A stretch of DNA of 64,000 nt from assembly GCA_963741955.1 (NCBI GenBank), contig CAVUKB010000001.1, positions 224,001-288,000 on the forward strand, read 5' to 3'. This DNA is from an uncultured Acidobacteriota bacterium. GTDB lineage: Bacteria > Acidobacteriota > Thermoanaerobaculia > Gp7-AA8. The notes below the pieces were generated by a model. That model saw only the letters and a list, made by a program, of their open reading frames with translations. It did no database searches and had not been told where the DNA came from. The translations under genes and the position numbers were made by a program. Positions 9,480 to 18,796 of the stretch are shown one piece after another. Each line of letters begins with the position of its first letter. Positions within the stretch are counted from its first letter, which is position 1.

Positions 9480-10798
9480 TCGAGGATCTCCTGGAGCGGC
9501 TCCGAGACGATCGGCAGCCGGAAGTAGAGCGTCGTTCCTTTCGAGCGGGACGATTCGATCTCGAACGAGCCTCCGAGCGATTCGACCCGCTCCATCATGC
9601 TGCGGAGACCGAGCCCGCCGTTCTGCATCTTCTCCGACGCGTACTCGAACCCTTCGCCGTCGTCTTCGACGATCAGCGTCAGAGCTCCCTGGTCCAGCCG
9701 GAGCTCCACGGAAACCGAGTGCGCGTTTGCGTGCCGCGCAACGTTGTTCAATGCTTCATTGAGAATCCGGAAAAGATTGCTCTCCACGAGCTGAGGGAGC
9801 CGGGAGTGGACCTCCTCGACCTGCACGTCGGCCGGAATGCCGGAGATTTCCGACCATCCGAGGGTATGGTCGCGCACCGCCTCGAAGAGTCCCATCTCGT
9901 CGAGGACCACCGGCCGGAGCTCGTGGATCGCTCGGTCCAGCTCCCGATCAAGCTCCGCGACGAGCCACTGAAGCTTCCGGAGGTCGTCGGCCGTGGTCGG
10001 CCGGGCGGTGGCGGCGGCCAGAGAAAGAGAAAGCGCGGTGATCTGCTGTCCGACGCCGTCGTGGAGGTCCCGCGCGATCCGGCTGCGCTCTTCTTCCTGA
10101 GCGGCGACGAGATGCCGGAGCAGCTCGGTGCGATTCCGCTCGTTGGCGATGGCAGTCGCAGTGGATCTCCGGAGAGCGTCGTTCGCATTCCGGAGCTCGT
10201 GAGTCCGATCGTCGACGCGCCGTTCCAGATCCTCCCGGTTTGCCCGCGCCAGCCGCTCTGCCTCGCGGATCGCGGTGACGCCCGTCATCACCATCAGACG
10301 AAACGAGTGGTCTCGCGTCGCGATCCATTCGATCCGGGTGAGGAACATCCGCCCGCCGAGGGAGATCTCCATCGGAAGAGGGTGCTGGTGTGCTGCGGGA
10401 TTCGTGCTCGCGAGACGCTCGAGATCGCCGAATGCCGGATGGAGAGTGTCGAGCTGCCGTCCCTCGACCGAGAGATCTGCGGAGCGGATCATCTTCCGGA
10501 ACGCGCTGTTCGCGGTGATGATGCGGAAATCCTCGGTCAGGAGAACGACTGCTTCATTGAGGGAATCGAGAACGAGCCGCGAATAGCGGGTGGGGATACG
10601 GAATCCGTCGGCGATGACGGTATGAAAATCGAGTGCGACGGCGGTGAGGGAGCGGACCGTCTCGCGCATGATCGAGCTCTGTTGCTCGATGGAGCTCGAG
10701 AGTGCCTCATGCAGCTCCCGCGTCTCTGCGCTCAACCGCTCAACGCGCGCGCGAATGACGTCGAACCGGTCTGGTTCCGCGGTCGTCATGGTCGTCAC
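9476..10798 (-). CDS. Cytoplasmic PAS-HisKA_3 sensor histidine kinase
   Basis: EEERSRIARDLHD, EALNNVARHA, EDDGEGF, GLGL..M.ER; no TM segment; overlaps the RR start (ATGA). Confidence 0.93.
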   Translation of the reverse strand: MTTMTTAEPDRFDVIRARVERLSAETRELHEALSSSIEQQSSIMRETVRSLTAVALDFHTVIADGFRIPTRYSRLVLDSLNEAVVLLTEDFRIITANSAFRKMIRSADLSVEGRQLDTLHPAFGDLERLASTNPAAHQHPLPMEISLGGRMFLTRIEWIATRDHSFRLMVMTGVTAIREAERLARANREDLERRVDDRTHELRNANDALRRSTATAIANERNRTELLRHLVAAQEEERSRIARDLHDGVGQQITALSLSLAAATARPTTADDLRKLQWLVAELDRELDRAIHELRPVVLDEMGLFEAVRDHTLGWSEISGIPADVQVEEVHSRLPQLVESNLFRILNEALNNVARHANAHSVSVELRLDQGALTLIVEDDGEGFEYASEKMQNGGLGLRSMMERVESLGGSFEIESSRSKGTTLYFRLPIVSEPLQEILE

Positions 10799-10826
10799 CT
10801 TCTCGGGTCAGCCGAATCGAAGTTCA

Positions 10827-10842
10827 TGCGACTCTCATGCCG
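10827..10842 (-). promoter_or_regulatory. Candidate sigma-54 promoter for the kinase-regulator pair
   Basis: CGGCATGAGAGTCGCA (GG-N10-GC) about 30 bp upstream of GTG. Confidence 0.4.
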
Positions 10843-10995
10843 GACAGGACCGTTCTCGAACGGATCGTGTATCGCAGAACCTGGGAACTCTATCCTCTGT
10901 AGACATCCGCCGCTTCAATTTCTCACGGTGGTCCGGGAGAGGGCGACTCGAACTTCTCGCGACCTCCTGCGGTCGCGCACGGGTGATCGGGGCGG

Positions 10996-13608
10996 TCAGC
11001 CCGGCTGCTCGACGATCGTGAGCACGGCACCTTCGATTCTGTTCTCGAGAGTCTTGTAAGGCTTGATTCTCAAATTGTAGGTTCCGCCATTCCTCCCGTC
11101 CACTTCGATGTCGTGAACCACGAGCGAATCGACCGAGTCCGCGACGAGTTTTTCGAGGTCGTCGATGCGGAGAGTGGTCCGGAGGTCGGTGATCGGTCTG
11201 CCGAGATCCGAAGGGATCAGATTGAGAACCTTCTGCGCCGCGGAGTTGAAGCGCCGGATCCGGTAATCGCTGCCGAGCATGAGGATCGGGATGTCGACCG
11301 AGCCGAGGAGGTTCGACAGGTCGTTGTTCAGTTGCGAGAGCTCGTGATTGCGGGTCTCGAGCTCCTCGTTGAGCGTGGTCAGCTCTTCGTTGCTCGACTG
11401 CAGCTCTTCCTTCGCGGTCTCCAGCTCTTCGTTCGTGCTCTGCAGCTCTTCGTTGCTCGACTGGATCTCCTCGTTCGCACTCCGGAGCTCTTCGTTCGTC
11501 GCCTCCTGTTCCTCGATGATCGACTGGAGGTACTCGCGGGTGGCATCCAGCTCTCTCTCGAGTTTCTCGATCTCTTTGCGCTCCGCCTGAGTGGGCGCTT
11601 TTCCCTGCCGGGAGCTTGCCGGGTGCGCTGGTTTCGCGACTTCGAAAAGGATCACGAAGTGGCGCTGCTCTTTCGAGAATCCGAACGGAATCACTTCCAG
11701 ACCGACCTCGATCGTGCTGCCGTTGGACTTGAGCGGAATCGCTTCTCTCCGCACCGGTTTGTCGCTTCGTCGTGCCTGATGAATCGCGCTCTGAAGGTCC
11801 GCGAAAAGGCCTTCCCTCGTCATCTTCAGCAGGTCGAAGCTGGCCGATCCGGTCGGCGGCTCGAGGAACGGCGCCGTCCGGCCGCGGAACTGAAGGATCT
11901 GCAGATTCGAGTCGACGATCACCCCCGGCGGGACGAATTGGTTGAGGATGGTCCGGTCGGCTTCCTTCAGAATGCTCATTCGCGGCGGAGATTTCTCCTC
12001 TCCACTCCCCGTCGGGGCCGCCTCGGCGATGTTGCCGAACGAGAACTCCACCATCGGACGGGGAGCGACGGACTTCTTGCGGTACACCTTGTGATGCCGG
12101 TCGACCACACCGAACAGGTCGCTCATCTTCCCGACCGTCTCGGAGCTCCCGAGAAGAAGAAATCCGTCGGGATGGAGCGAGTAGTGGAGGATCGAAAGGA
12201 CACGGCGCTGGAGCTGCGGACCGAGATAGATCATCAGGTTCCGGCAGCTGATCAGGTCCAGCTTCGAGAACGGCGGGTCTCTGGTCAGATTCTGCTTCGC
12301 GATGATGCAGCTGTCGCGAACCGACTTGTTCACCCGGTACCGGCCGTCGCTCCTGACGAAGAAGCGGCGGAGCCGCTCCGGGGAGACGTCGCTTGCGATG
12401 CTCGCGGGGTAATCCGCCGCCCGAGCGATCTGCACCGCGTAGTCGCTCACGTCGGTGCCGAAGATCTGGAATGGAATCGAATCCTTCCTCTCGTCGAGCG
12501 CTTCGAGCAACGACATCGCGATGGAGTACGTTTCCTCGCCGGTCGCACACCCCGGAACCCAGATCCGGATCGGCGTTCCGTCGTCGTGCCGTTCGATGAT
12601 CCGGGGAAAGATCTCGCTCCCGAGGAAATCGAAGACCTCGGGATCCCGGAAGAATCCGGTCACCCGGATGAGGAAGTCGTACTCGAGTGCCTCGACCTCC
12701 TTCGGGTCTGCCTGCAGGAGTTGGATGTATTGGGCCAGACTCGTAATCCTGTGAAGGGTCATCCGGCGGAGGAGACGCCGCTCGATGGTGGTCGACTTGT
12801 ACTGGCTGAAGTCGATTCCCGAGGCGGATCGGAGAAGGGAGTAGATCTTCTGGAGGAGCTCGCTGCGTGCGATCAGCTCTTCCGGAGTTCCATCGTCCTG
12901 GATGTAGCGCTCCCTCGACAGCCGCAGGATCTCGTCTGCGATCTGATCCGGTGAGAGCCGGAGGTCGACGGCGGCGCCGATCGCCGCATTGCCCGGGAGG
13001 CGGGAGAATTCTGCGCTCTCGTTCTGAGCGATCGTGATTCCCCCCGCCGCCTTGATCGCAGAAAGCCCCACCGCGCCGTCGTAGGCATCGCCCGAGAGGA
13101 CGATGCCGATGGAGCGAGCCCCGGCGTCCTCCGCGAGAGAGCGGAAGAACGTGTCGATCGGCATCGCCGATCTCGATGGATCGGAGTCGATCAGGCGGAG
13201 AAGACGTTCGCGGACCACGATGTCCGCATGGCCGTCGCAGATGTAGATGCGGTCGGGCTCGACCTGCTGCTCCCGGTCGACTTCGAGCGTCGGGATCAGG
13301 CTGGCGGAGCGGATCGCCTCGACGATCGACGCGCTCTCGCGCTCCGCAGTGTCCCGCACCACGACGAAAGCGACTCCGGTGTCGTCGGGGATCCTGCGGA
13401 AGATCTCCGCGAGAGCGCTCTCGGATCCCTCGCCGCAACCGATTCCGACGATGGGGCCATTCGGTGCCGGCGCGGAGGAGAGGGGAGCCCCGGCGACCGT
13501 CTTCTTTCGTGAGGTCTTGCGCCGGGCTCCTGCGGCCGCCATCCCTTTCGTCGACCGTGGCTTCGTCGTTCCGGCGCCGTTGCCTTCCGTCTTTTTTTTG
13601 TTCGCCAT
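10996..13608 (-). CDS. CheB-like (degenerate)-CheR methyltransferase-coiled coil-PAS fusion protein
   Basis: VTGFFRD, RIWVPGCATGEE.YS, LDLISCRN..IY, GFLLLG.SE; NEELQS heptads; CheB motif GASAGG altered to GCGEGS. Confidence 0.92.
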   Translation of the reverse strand: MANKKKTEGNGAGTTKPRSTKGMAAAGARRKTSRKKTVAGAPLSSAPAPNGPIVGIGCGEGSESALAEIFRRIPDDTGVAFVVVRDTAERESASIVEAIRSASLIPTLEVDREQQVEPDRIYICDGHADIVVRERLLRLIDSDPSRSAMPIDTFFRSLAEDAGARSIGIVLSGDAYDGAVGLSAIKAAGGITIAQNESAEFSRLPGNAAIGAAVDLRLSPDQIADEILRLSRERYIQDDGTPEELIARSELLQKIYSLLRSASGIDFSQYKSTTIERRLLRRMTLHRITSLAQYIQLLQADPKEVEALEYDFLIRVTGFFRDPEVFDFLGSEIFPRIIERHDDGTPIRIWVPGCATGEETYSIAMSLLEALDERKDSIPFQIFGTDVSDYAVQIARAADYPASIASDVSPERLRRFFVRSDGRYRVNKSVRDSCIIAKQNLTRDPPFSKLDLISCRNLMIYLGPQLQRRVLSILHYSLHPDGFLLLGSSETVGKMSDLFGVVDRHHKVYRKKSVAPRPMVEFSFGNIAEAAPTGSGEEKSPPRMSILKEADRTILNQFVPPGVIVDSNLQILQFRGRTAPFLEPPTGSASFDLLKMTREGLFADLQSAIHQARRSDKPVRREAIPLKSNGSTIEVGLEVIPFGFSKEQRHFVILFEVAKPAHPASSRQGKAPTQAERKEIEKLERELDATREYLQSIIEEQEATNEELRSANEEIQSSNEELQSTNEELETAKEELQSSNEELTTLNEELETRNHELSQLNNDLSNLLGSVDIPILMLGSDYRIRRFNSAAQKVLNLIPSDLGRPITDLRTTLRIDDLEKLVADSVDSLVVHDIEVDGRNGGTYNLRIKPYKTLENRIEGAVLTIVEQPG

Positions 13609-13680
13609 GGGAGTCGCACGATTCTACATTGTTATGGATCAGTGTAATTCTGACCGTCCCCAGGCGCATCAAAGAAGCGA

Positions 13681-13696
13681 CGGCAGCGCTTTTGCT
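13681..13696 (+). promoter_or_regulatory. Candidate sigma-54 promoter for cheB
   Basis: CGGCAGCGCTTTTGCT; predicted TSS near 13707, just before RBS AGGGAGA and TTG 13719. Confidence 0.55.
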
Positions 13697-13718
13697 CCGC
13701 ACCTTGCAGGGAGAATTT

Positions 13719-14762
13719 TTGGCCAGTCGCGACATCGTAGTCGTCGGAACCTCAGCCGGTGGAGTCGAAGCCCTCACCACCCTCGTCGCCGCGCTTCCGG
13801 AGACGCTCACCTGCTCGATCTTCGTGGTGATTCACCTCGCGCCGTCGAGTCCGGGGATGCTGCCTCAGATTCTGAGCCGGGCCGGAAAGCTTCCGGCGGT
13901 GACTCCGCGCGACGGCGAAGCGTTGAAGCCGGGAATGATTTACGTCGCTCCTCCCGATCGCCACATGATTCTGGATGGAGAAAGGATCCGGGTGCTCTTC
14001 GGACCGAAAGAGAATCGCAACCGTCCGGCAATCGATCCGCTGTTCCGTTCGGCGGCGATGTTTTTCGGATCGAGGGTGGTGGGAGTCATTCTCACCGGAT
14101 CGCTCGGAGACGGAGCCGGCGGATTGAGGATGGTGAAGGAAGCGGGAGGGACGGCGATCGTCCAGGATCCGAACGACGCCCTCTATCCCAGTATGCCTTC
14201 GACCGCCATGGCGAATCTGGAGCCCGACTACGTCCTTCCGCTCGCGGACATCCCGGCGAAGCTGGTCGAGCTGACGAATCCGAAGAACGTGCTGCCGCCG
14301 GAGCATCCTGTTCGCGGTAGTCTCAGACCGAAGGATGCACTGCTGGCGCTCGAGAACGATCACGAGCCATCCCGCAACGGACATCCCTCCGTCTTCTCCT
14401 GCCCCGATTGCGGTGGCGTGCTGTGGGAGGTGACGGAAGAGAACGTGCTGCGTTATCGCTGCCGCGTCGGCCACGCGTTTTCTCCCGAGACGATGCTCGA
14501 AGCGCAGGGGGAAACGCTGGAAGGCGCGCTCTGGGCCGCCCTCGCGACTCTGGACGAGAGCGCGACGCTCGCGCGCCGTCTCGCCGAACAGCACCGCGGC
14601 CGCGGGCTGCCGTGGATCGCTCAGCGCTTCGAAGAGCGGGAGCAGATCGCACGCGAGAGGGCCTCTCTGGTGCGGCAGGCGCTCCTCGGCGTCTCATTGC
14701 ACGAGATTCCCGTCGCTCCTGAAGAGGAGCCAGTGGAGAGCGGGGGAAAGAGTGGAGAATAG
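13719..14762 (+). CDS. cheB: Stand-alone CheB-type protein-glutamate methylesterase with C-terminal CxxC...CxxxH zinc ribbon and helical tail
   Basis: GTSAGG / VIHL / TGSLGDG triad intact, RPAIDPLF; CPDCGG...CRVGH; no REC domain. Confidence 0.88.
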   Translation: MASRDIVVVGTSAGGVEALTTLVAALPETLTCSIFVVIHLAPSSPGMLPQILSRAGKLPAVTPRDGEALKPGMIYVAPPDRHMILDGERIRVLFGPKENRNRPAIDPLFRSAAMFFGSRVVGVILTGSLGDGAGGLRMVKEAGGTAIVQDPNDALYPSMPSTAMANLEPDYVLPLADIPAKLVELTNPKNVLPPEHPVRGSLRPKDALLALENDHEPSRNGHPSVFSCPDCGGVLWEVTEENVLRYRCRVGHAFSPETMLEAQGETLEGALWAALATLDESATLARRLAEQHRGRGLPWIAQRFEEREQIARERASLVRQALLGVSLHEIPVAPEEEPVESGGKSGE

Positions 14763-14777
14763 CCGGAGAGAGAAGCT

Positions 14778-14978
14778 GAATTCAGAGTGCTTAATGCAGA
14801 TTCAAGACTTCAGAATTCAGGCGCCACCCGCGGGCGACGGCCACCTTCGACCAAACGAATGGCGAGAGCGAATTTAAAAATTGTCCTCCTGCCCCGAAGG
14901 GGCAACGGAGATTAGCCGGTGGAAAGGGAGGAGCTCCCTTCTCGTCTCTCCGCATTCTGCATTCTGCATTCTGAATTC
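14778..14978. repeat. REP-like intergenic element C (GCCCCGAAGGGGC hairpin) bracketed by inverted GAATGCA-type heptamers
   Basis: 14812-14922 matches 39362-39466 plus 39644-39654; related copy at 27353-27497. Confidence 0.75.
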
Positions 14979-14992
14979 GTCTTCTCCCGCAC

Positions 14993-16534
14993 TCACTCCC
15001 ACTCGATCGTGCTGGGAGGTTTCGAAGAGACGTCGTAGACGACGCGGTTGATCCCGCGTACCTCGTTCACGATGCGTCGTGAGATGCGGTCGAGTACTTC
15101 GTAAGGGAAGCGGTACCAGTCCGCAGTCATGAAGTCGCTGGTGACGACCGCCCGCAGCGCACAGACGTTCTCGTACGTCCGGTAATCGCCCATCACTCCG
15201 ACCGACTGCACCGGGAGGAGCACCGCGAACGCCTGCGCGATCTCGCGATAAAGTCCCCCCTTCCGGATCTCTTCGAGCATGATCGCGTCGGCGTTCTGCA
15301 GAATCTCCACGCGCTCCGGGGTCACCTCGCCGAGAACCCGGACTGCGAGGCCGGGGCCGGGAAACGGATGCCGCCAGACGAACTCCTCGTCCAGCCCCAT
15401 CTCCATTCCGAGCTGACGGACTTCGTCTTTGAAGAGCTCCCGAAGCGGCTCGATCAGAGCGAGTCCCATCTTCTCCGGGAGTCCGCCGACGTTGTGGTGC
15501 GTCTTGATCACCGCGGAGGGCCCCTTCACCGAGACCGATTCGATCACGTCGGGGTAGAGCGTTCCCTGGACCAGGAACTCGGCGCCGGTGATCTTCCGAG
15601 CCTCTTCTTCGAAGACCGAGATGAACTCGTGGCCGATCTTCTTTCGTTTCATCTCCGGGTCGGTGATGCCTGCGAGCTCGCGGAAGAAGCGCTCCTTCGC
15701 ATCGACCGCGACCATGTTCAGCCCGAGCCCGTCACTCAGACGCGAGACGACGCCCATCGCTTCGTTCTTTCGAAGCACGCCGTTGTCGACGAAGACCGCA
15801 GTCAGCTGTTCGCCGATCGCTTCACCGACCAGGACCGCGGCCACGGACGAGTCGACCCCGCCGCTCACTCCCGCGATGACCTTCTTGTCGCCCACGACGT
15901 TGCGGATCTCTTCGATTTTCCGTTTGCGGAAGTCGCCGAGGTCCCATTCGCCGCGGCACTGGCAGATCTCGAAGAGGAAATTCTTCAGGATCTGCGCGCC
16001 GTGCTCGGTGTGGGTGACTTCCGGGTGAAACTGGATCGCGAAGCACTTCGTGTCGGGGTTGCCGATTCCGGCGACGGGGGCGGATTGGGAGGAGGCGATG
16101 AGGTGGAATCCGGGAGGCGCCTCGACGACCCGATCGCCGTGACTCATCCAGACGCTCTGGCGCCGGGGCGTACCGCTGAAGATCGATTCGTCCATCGCCT
16201 CGATCTCGGCACGTCCGTACTCGCGCTCCGGAGCCGCCTCGACCTTCCCGCCGAGGAAGAGCGCGGTGATGTACATGCCGTAACAGATGCCGAGGATCGG
16301 AACGCCGAGGGAGAAGATCTCGCGCTGAGGGTAGGGCGCGTCCTCCTCGTATACGGACTGCGGTCCTCCGGAGAGGATGATGCCGCGGGGGGCGAGATTC
16401 CGGAGGCGTTCGATGGAAATGTCGAACGGATGGATCTCGGAGTAGATGTGGTTCTCGCGCACACGCCGGGCGATGAGCTGGGTGTACTGCGATCCGAAGT
16501 CGAGGACGACGATTTTCTCTTCGGCGGAGATCAC
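14993..16534 (-). CDS. guaA: GMP synthase (glutamine-hydrolysing)
   Basis: [34 protein letters not shown]. Confidence 0.98.
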   Translation of the reverse strand: MISAEEKIVVLDFGSQYTQLIARRVRENHIYSEIHPFDISIERLRNLAPRGIILSGGPQSVYEEDAPYPQREIFSLGVPILGICYGMYITALFLGGKVEAAPEREYGRAEIEAMDESIFSGTPRRQSVWMSHGDRVVEAPPGFHLIASSQSAPVAGIGNPDTKCFAIQFHPEVTHTEHGAQILKNFLFEICQCRGEWDLGDFRKRKIEEIRNVVGDKKVIAGVSGGVDSSVAAVLVGEAIGEQLTAVFVDNGVLRKNEAMGVVSRLSDGLGLNMVAVDAKERFFRELAGITDPEMKRKKIGHEFISVFEEEARKITGAEFLVQGTLYPDVIESVSVKGPSAVIKTHHNVGGLPEKMGLALIEPLRELFKDEVRQLGMEMGLDEEFVWRHPFPGPGLAVRVLGEVTPERVEILQNADAIMLEEIRKGGLYREIAQAFAVLLPVQSVGVMGDYRTYENVCALRAVVTSDFMTADWYRFPYEVLDRISRRIVNEVRGINRVVYDVSSKPPSTIEWE

Positions 16535-16587
16535 GGGGGGATGATAAACGAAGACATCTGAGATCTGCTATCGAGGATCGAGGATCT

Positions 16588-17334
16588 GATTTGCGCGATT
16601 TGCGCGAATTGCATATGGACGGACGGGCGTATCCGGTCGGGACGGGACGGATTTGCATATGGACGGATGGGCGCATCCGGTCGGGACGGGACGGATTTGC
16701 ATATGGACGGATGGGCGCATCCGGTACAGACGAGTAGCGTGGAGAGACGGTAAGCGGCTTCGGGGCGATTTCATTTGCGCGAATTGCATATGGACGGATG
16801 GGTGCATCCGGTCGGGACGAGTGGCGAGGAGGGACGGGGAGAGGCTTCGGGACGATTTCATTTGCGCGATTTGGAGGACGTAAATCGCTGCAAATCGCGC
16901 AAATCGGATCGTGCCGAAGCCGCTGCCCGCGCGAGTGGCACCGCTCGATCTTCACGGGACGCCGTTCCAACCCACGCGCAAATCGCGCAAATCGGATCGT
17001 ACCGAAGCCGCTGCCCGCGCGAGTGGCACCGCTCGATCTTCACGGGACGCCGTTCCAACCCACGCGCAAATCGCGCAAATCGGATCGTGCCGAAGCCGCT
17101 GCCCGCGCGAGTGGCACCGCTCGATCTTCACGGGACGCCGTTCCAACCCACGCGCAAATCGCGCAAATCGGATCGTGCCGAAGCCGCTGCCCGCGCGAGT
17201 GGCACCGCTCGATCTTCACGGGACGCCGCTCCAACCCACGCGCAAATCGCGCAAATCGGATCGTCCCGAAGCCGCCGATCACGGAGCCGCGCGAGCCGTC
17301 TTCACGGGACGCCGTTCCAACCTACGCGCAAATC
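16588..17334. repeat. Bipartite tandem array: 44/87-bp units, then about five 88-bp units in inverted orientation
   Basis: ttgcatatggacgg units at 16607, 16651, 16695, 16782; caaatcgcgcaaatc at 16891, 16979, 17067, 17155, 17243. Confidence 0.9.
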
Positions 17335-17335
17335 T

Positions 17336-18127
17336 CTACCGCGGCGGCGGCGGCGTGTTCGGCTGGGGTGACGCGGGCGCTTTCTGGACTCCCTGCTCGG
17401 TCACGGGGGGTGCTGGAGGAACGATCGCCTCGGCCGGCGGCTGAGGCGAGGGGGCACCTTCCATTTCGGCCGGCCGCTCCTCGTTCGACACCATGCCGGC
17501 GGGAATCCGCTGATAGAGGACTGCACGGCGGATGTGCTCGTCGGGGTAGAGGCGAAGGAGTGCGCGGTCGATCAGATGAGAGTCGAGAACCCGGGGGTTG
17601 ACGTCGACTTCGAGCAGGTTCGGGTTGATCGAGATCGCCTTCGCGTATTCGTCGATCGCGGCGTCTGTGCTCCCGCGGCGCTCGTAAAGAAGCCCGAGCT
17701 GGAAGTGGGCGGCCGGATGGCCCGGCTTCAGATCGACGACCTTGCGGAAGGCGTGCAGCGCGCCGGAGAAGTTTCCCCGCGCTTCGCGTGCGAGCCCGAG
17801 GTTGTACCAGGCGGGGTAGAGGTGAGAGTCGAGCCCGACTGCACGCATGAACTCGCGCTCCGCATCCTTCGGGAATCCTTTCGTACTGAGGAGCGCGCCG
17901 AGCTGATTGTGGAGGATCGGGTTGCTCGGATTCCGGCGGAGCGCATCGACAGTCTGCCGGATCTGCACGTCCAGCGCCTGATCCGTGGTCGCGTACTTCA
18001 TGTAGAACGGTGGCTTGCTGTACGGATTCTCTCCGGAGGTGATCCGGTCGATGCGGGCGCGAAGCGTGGTGCAACCGGTGGCGGCGACCAGAGCGACGAG
18101 CAGAAGTGGGATCCAGCGTGTTTTCAT
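17336..18127 (-). CDS. TPR-repeat lipoprotein
   Basis: MKTRWIPLLLVALVAATG-C lipobox; TPRs (AWYNLG, AHFQLG); Pro-rich tail. Confidence 0.85.
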   Translation of the reverse strand: MKTRWIPLLLVALVAATGCTTLRARIDRITSGENPYSKPPFYMKYATTDQALDVQIRQTVDALRRNPSNPILHNQLGALLSTKGFPKDAEREFMRAVGLDSHLYPAWYNLGLAREARGNFSGALHAFRKVVDLKPGHPAAHFQLGLLYERRGSTDAAIDEYAKAISINPNLLEVDVNPRVLDSHLIDRALLRLYPDEHIRRAVLYQRIPAGMVSNEERPAEMEGAPSPQPPAEAIVPPAPPVTEQGVQKAPASPQPNTPPPPR

Positions 18128-18747
18128 AGTTTTTCCTGCACGGGCTTTGCCCTGAGCTTGACCTTTCCGTCCACGGTCTCCACCCGGAAAGCCACTGCGG
18201 CGACGTTGTATTTCGTGCTCAGCTCCTGCGCCTGCTGCCGTACTCTTTCTGCAATCTGCGCAACGTTGACCGGAGTGTTCTTTCCGAGCCGGTTGTGTGC
18301 CTCCTGAACTTCGGCACAGAGACGCTGGATCGAATCGCCGGATCCGTCCAACGCCACTGTTACATACGATTCGGCGGGCCTTGACGTTACGTTCGGAGCA
18401 GGAGGTTTCTCGGCCTCCTCCGGAGGTTTCTCCACTTCCGGTGGTGGCGTTTCCTCGCCGAGGGCGGCCGAGCGGCGCCGGTAGTCGACCGGTCCTTCCT
18501 CGCGCTCGCGCATCAGACGGCCCCAGAGCTCCTGATACTGGTTGTAACGCGAAACGAGCGTGGAGAAGCGGAACCTCTGCGCGTTGTCGCGGACCCGGAG
18601 CTTCGAGGTTTCCCGGATCAGCTGGTCGAGGCGGCGACGGTCCTCGGTCGGCGGAAGCTTCCGCGTTCCAGCGAAGAACATGTCGTACATGGTCTTGAGC
18701 CGTTTGATCGAATCCTCGATCAGATTGTTCGTTTCCTCGGGCGTCAT
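18124..18747 (-). CDS. Conserved hypothetical protein, MXAN_5187 C-terminal-domain-like
   Basis: Y..FF.G..K.PP, RFRF..L..RY..Y..LW.R..R..EEG and F.V...DGKV.L.AKP patterns, recalled from memory. Confidence 0.65.
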   Translation of the reverse strand: MTPEETNNLIEDSIKRLKTMYDMFFAGTRKLPPTEDRRRLDQLIRETSKLRVRDNAQRFRFSTLVSRYNQYQELWGRLMREREEGPVDYRRRSAALGEETPPPEVEKPPEEAEKPPAPNVTSRPAESYVTVALDGSGDSIQRLCAEVQEAHNRLGKNTPVNVAQIAERVRQQAQELSTKYNVAAVAFRVETVDGKVKLRAKPVQEKL

Positions 18748-18796
18748 CGGTCCGTCCGCGTCTCCTGTCCCGCCTCAACGATACAATATCCGGACG

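Noticed and set aside
10835-13810. Long alternative-frame ORFs (991 aa here; also 2192-3865, 31603-33522, 47335-49404, 11113-12954)
   Set aside because: They are Arg/Pro-rich shadow ORFs overlapping well-supported genes, which is typical of high-GC DNA.
16891-17334. CRISPR array
   Set aside because: The units are near-identical over their full 88 bp, with no unique spacers and no cas genes.
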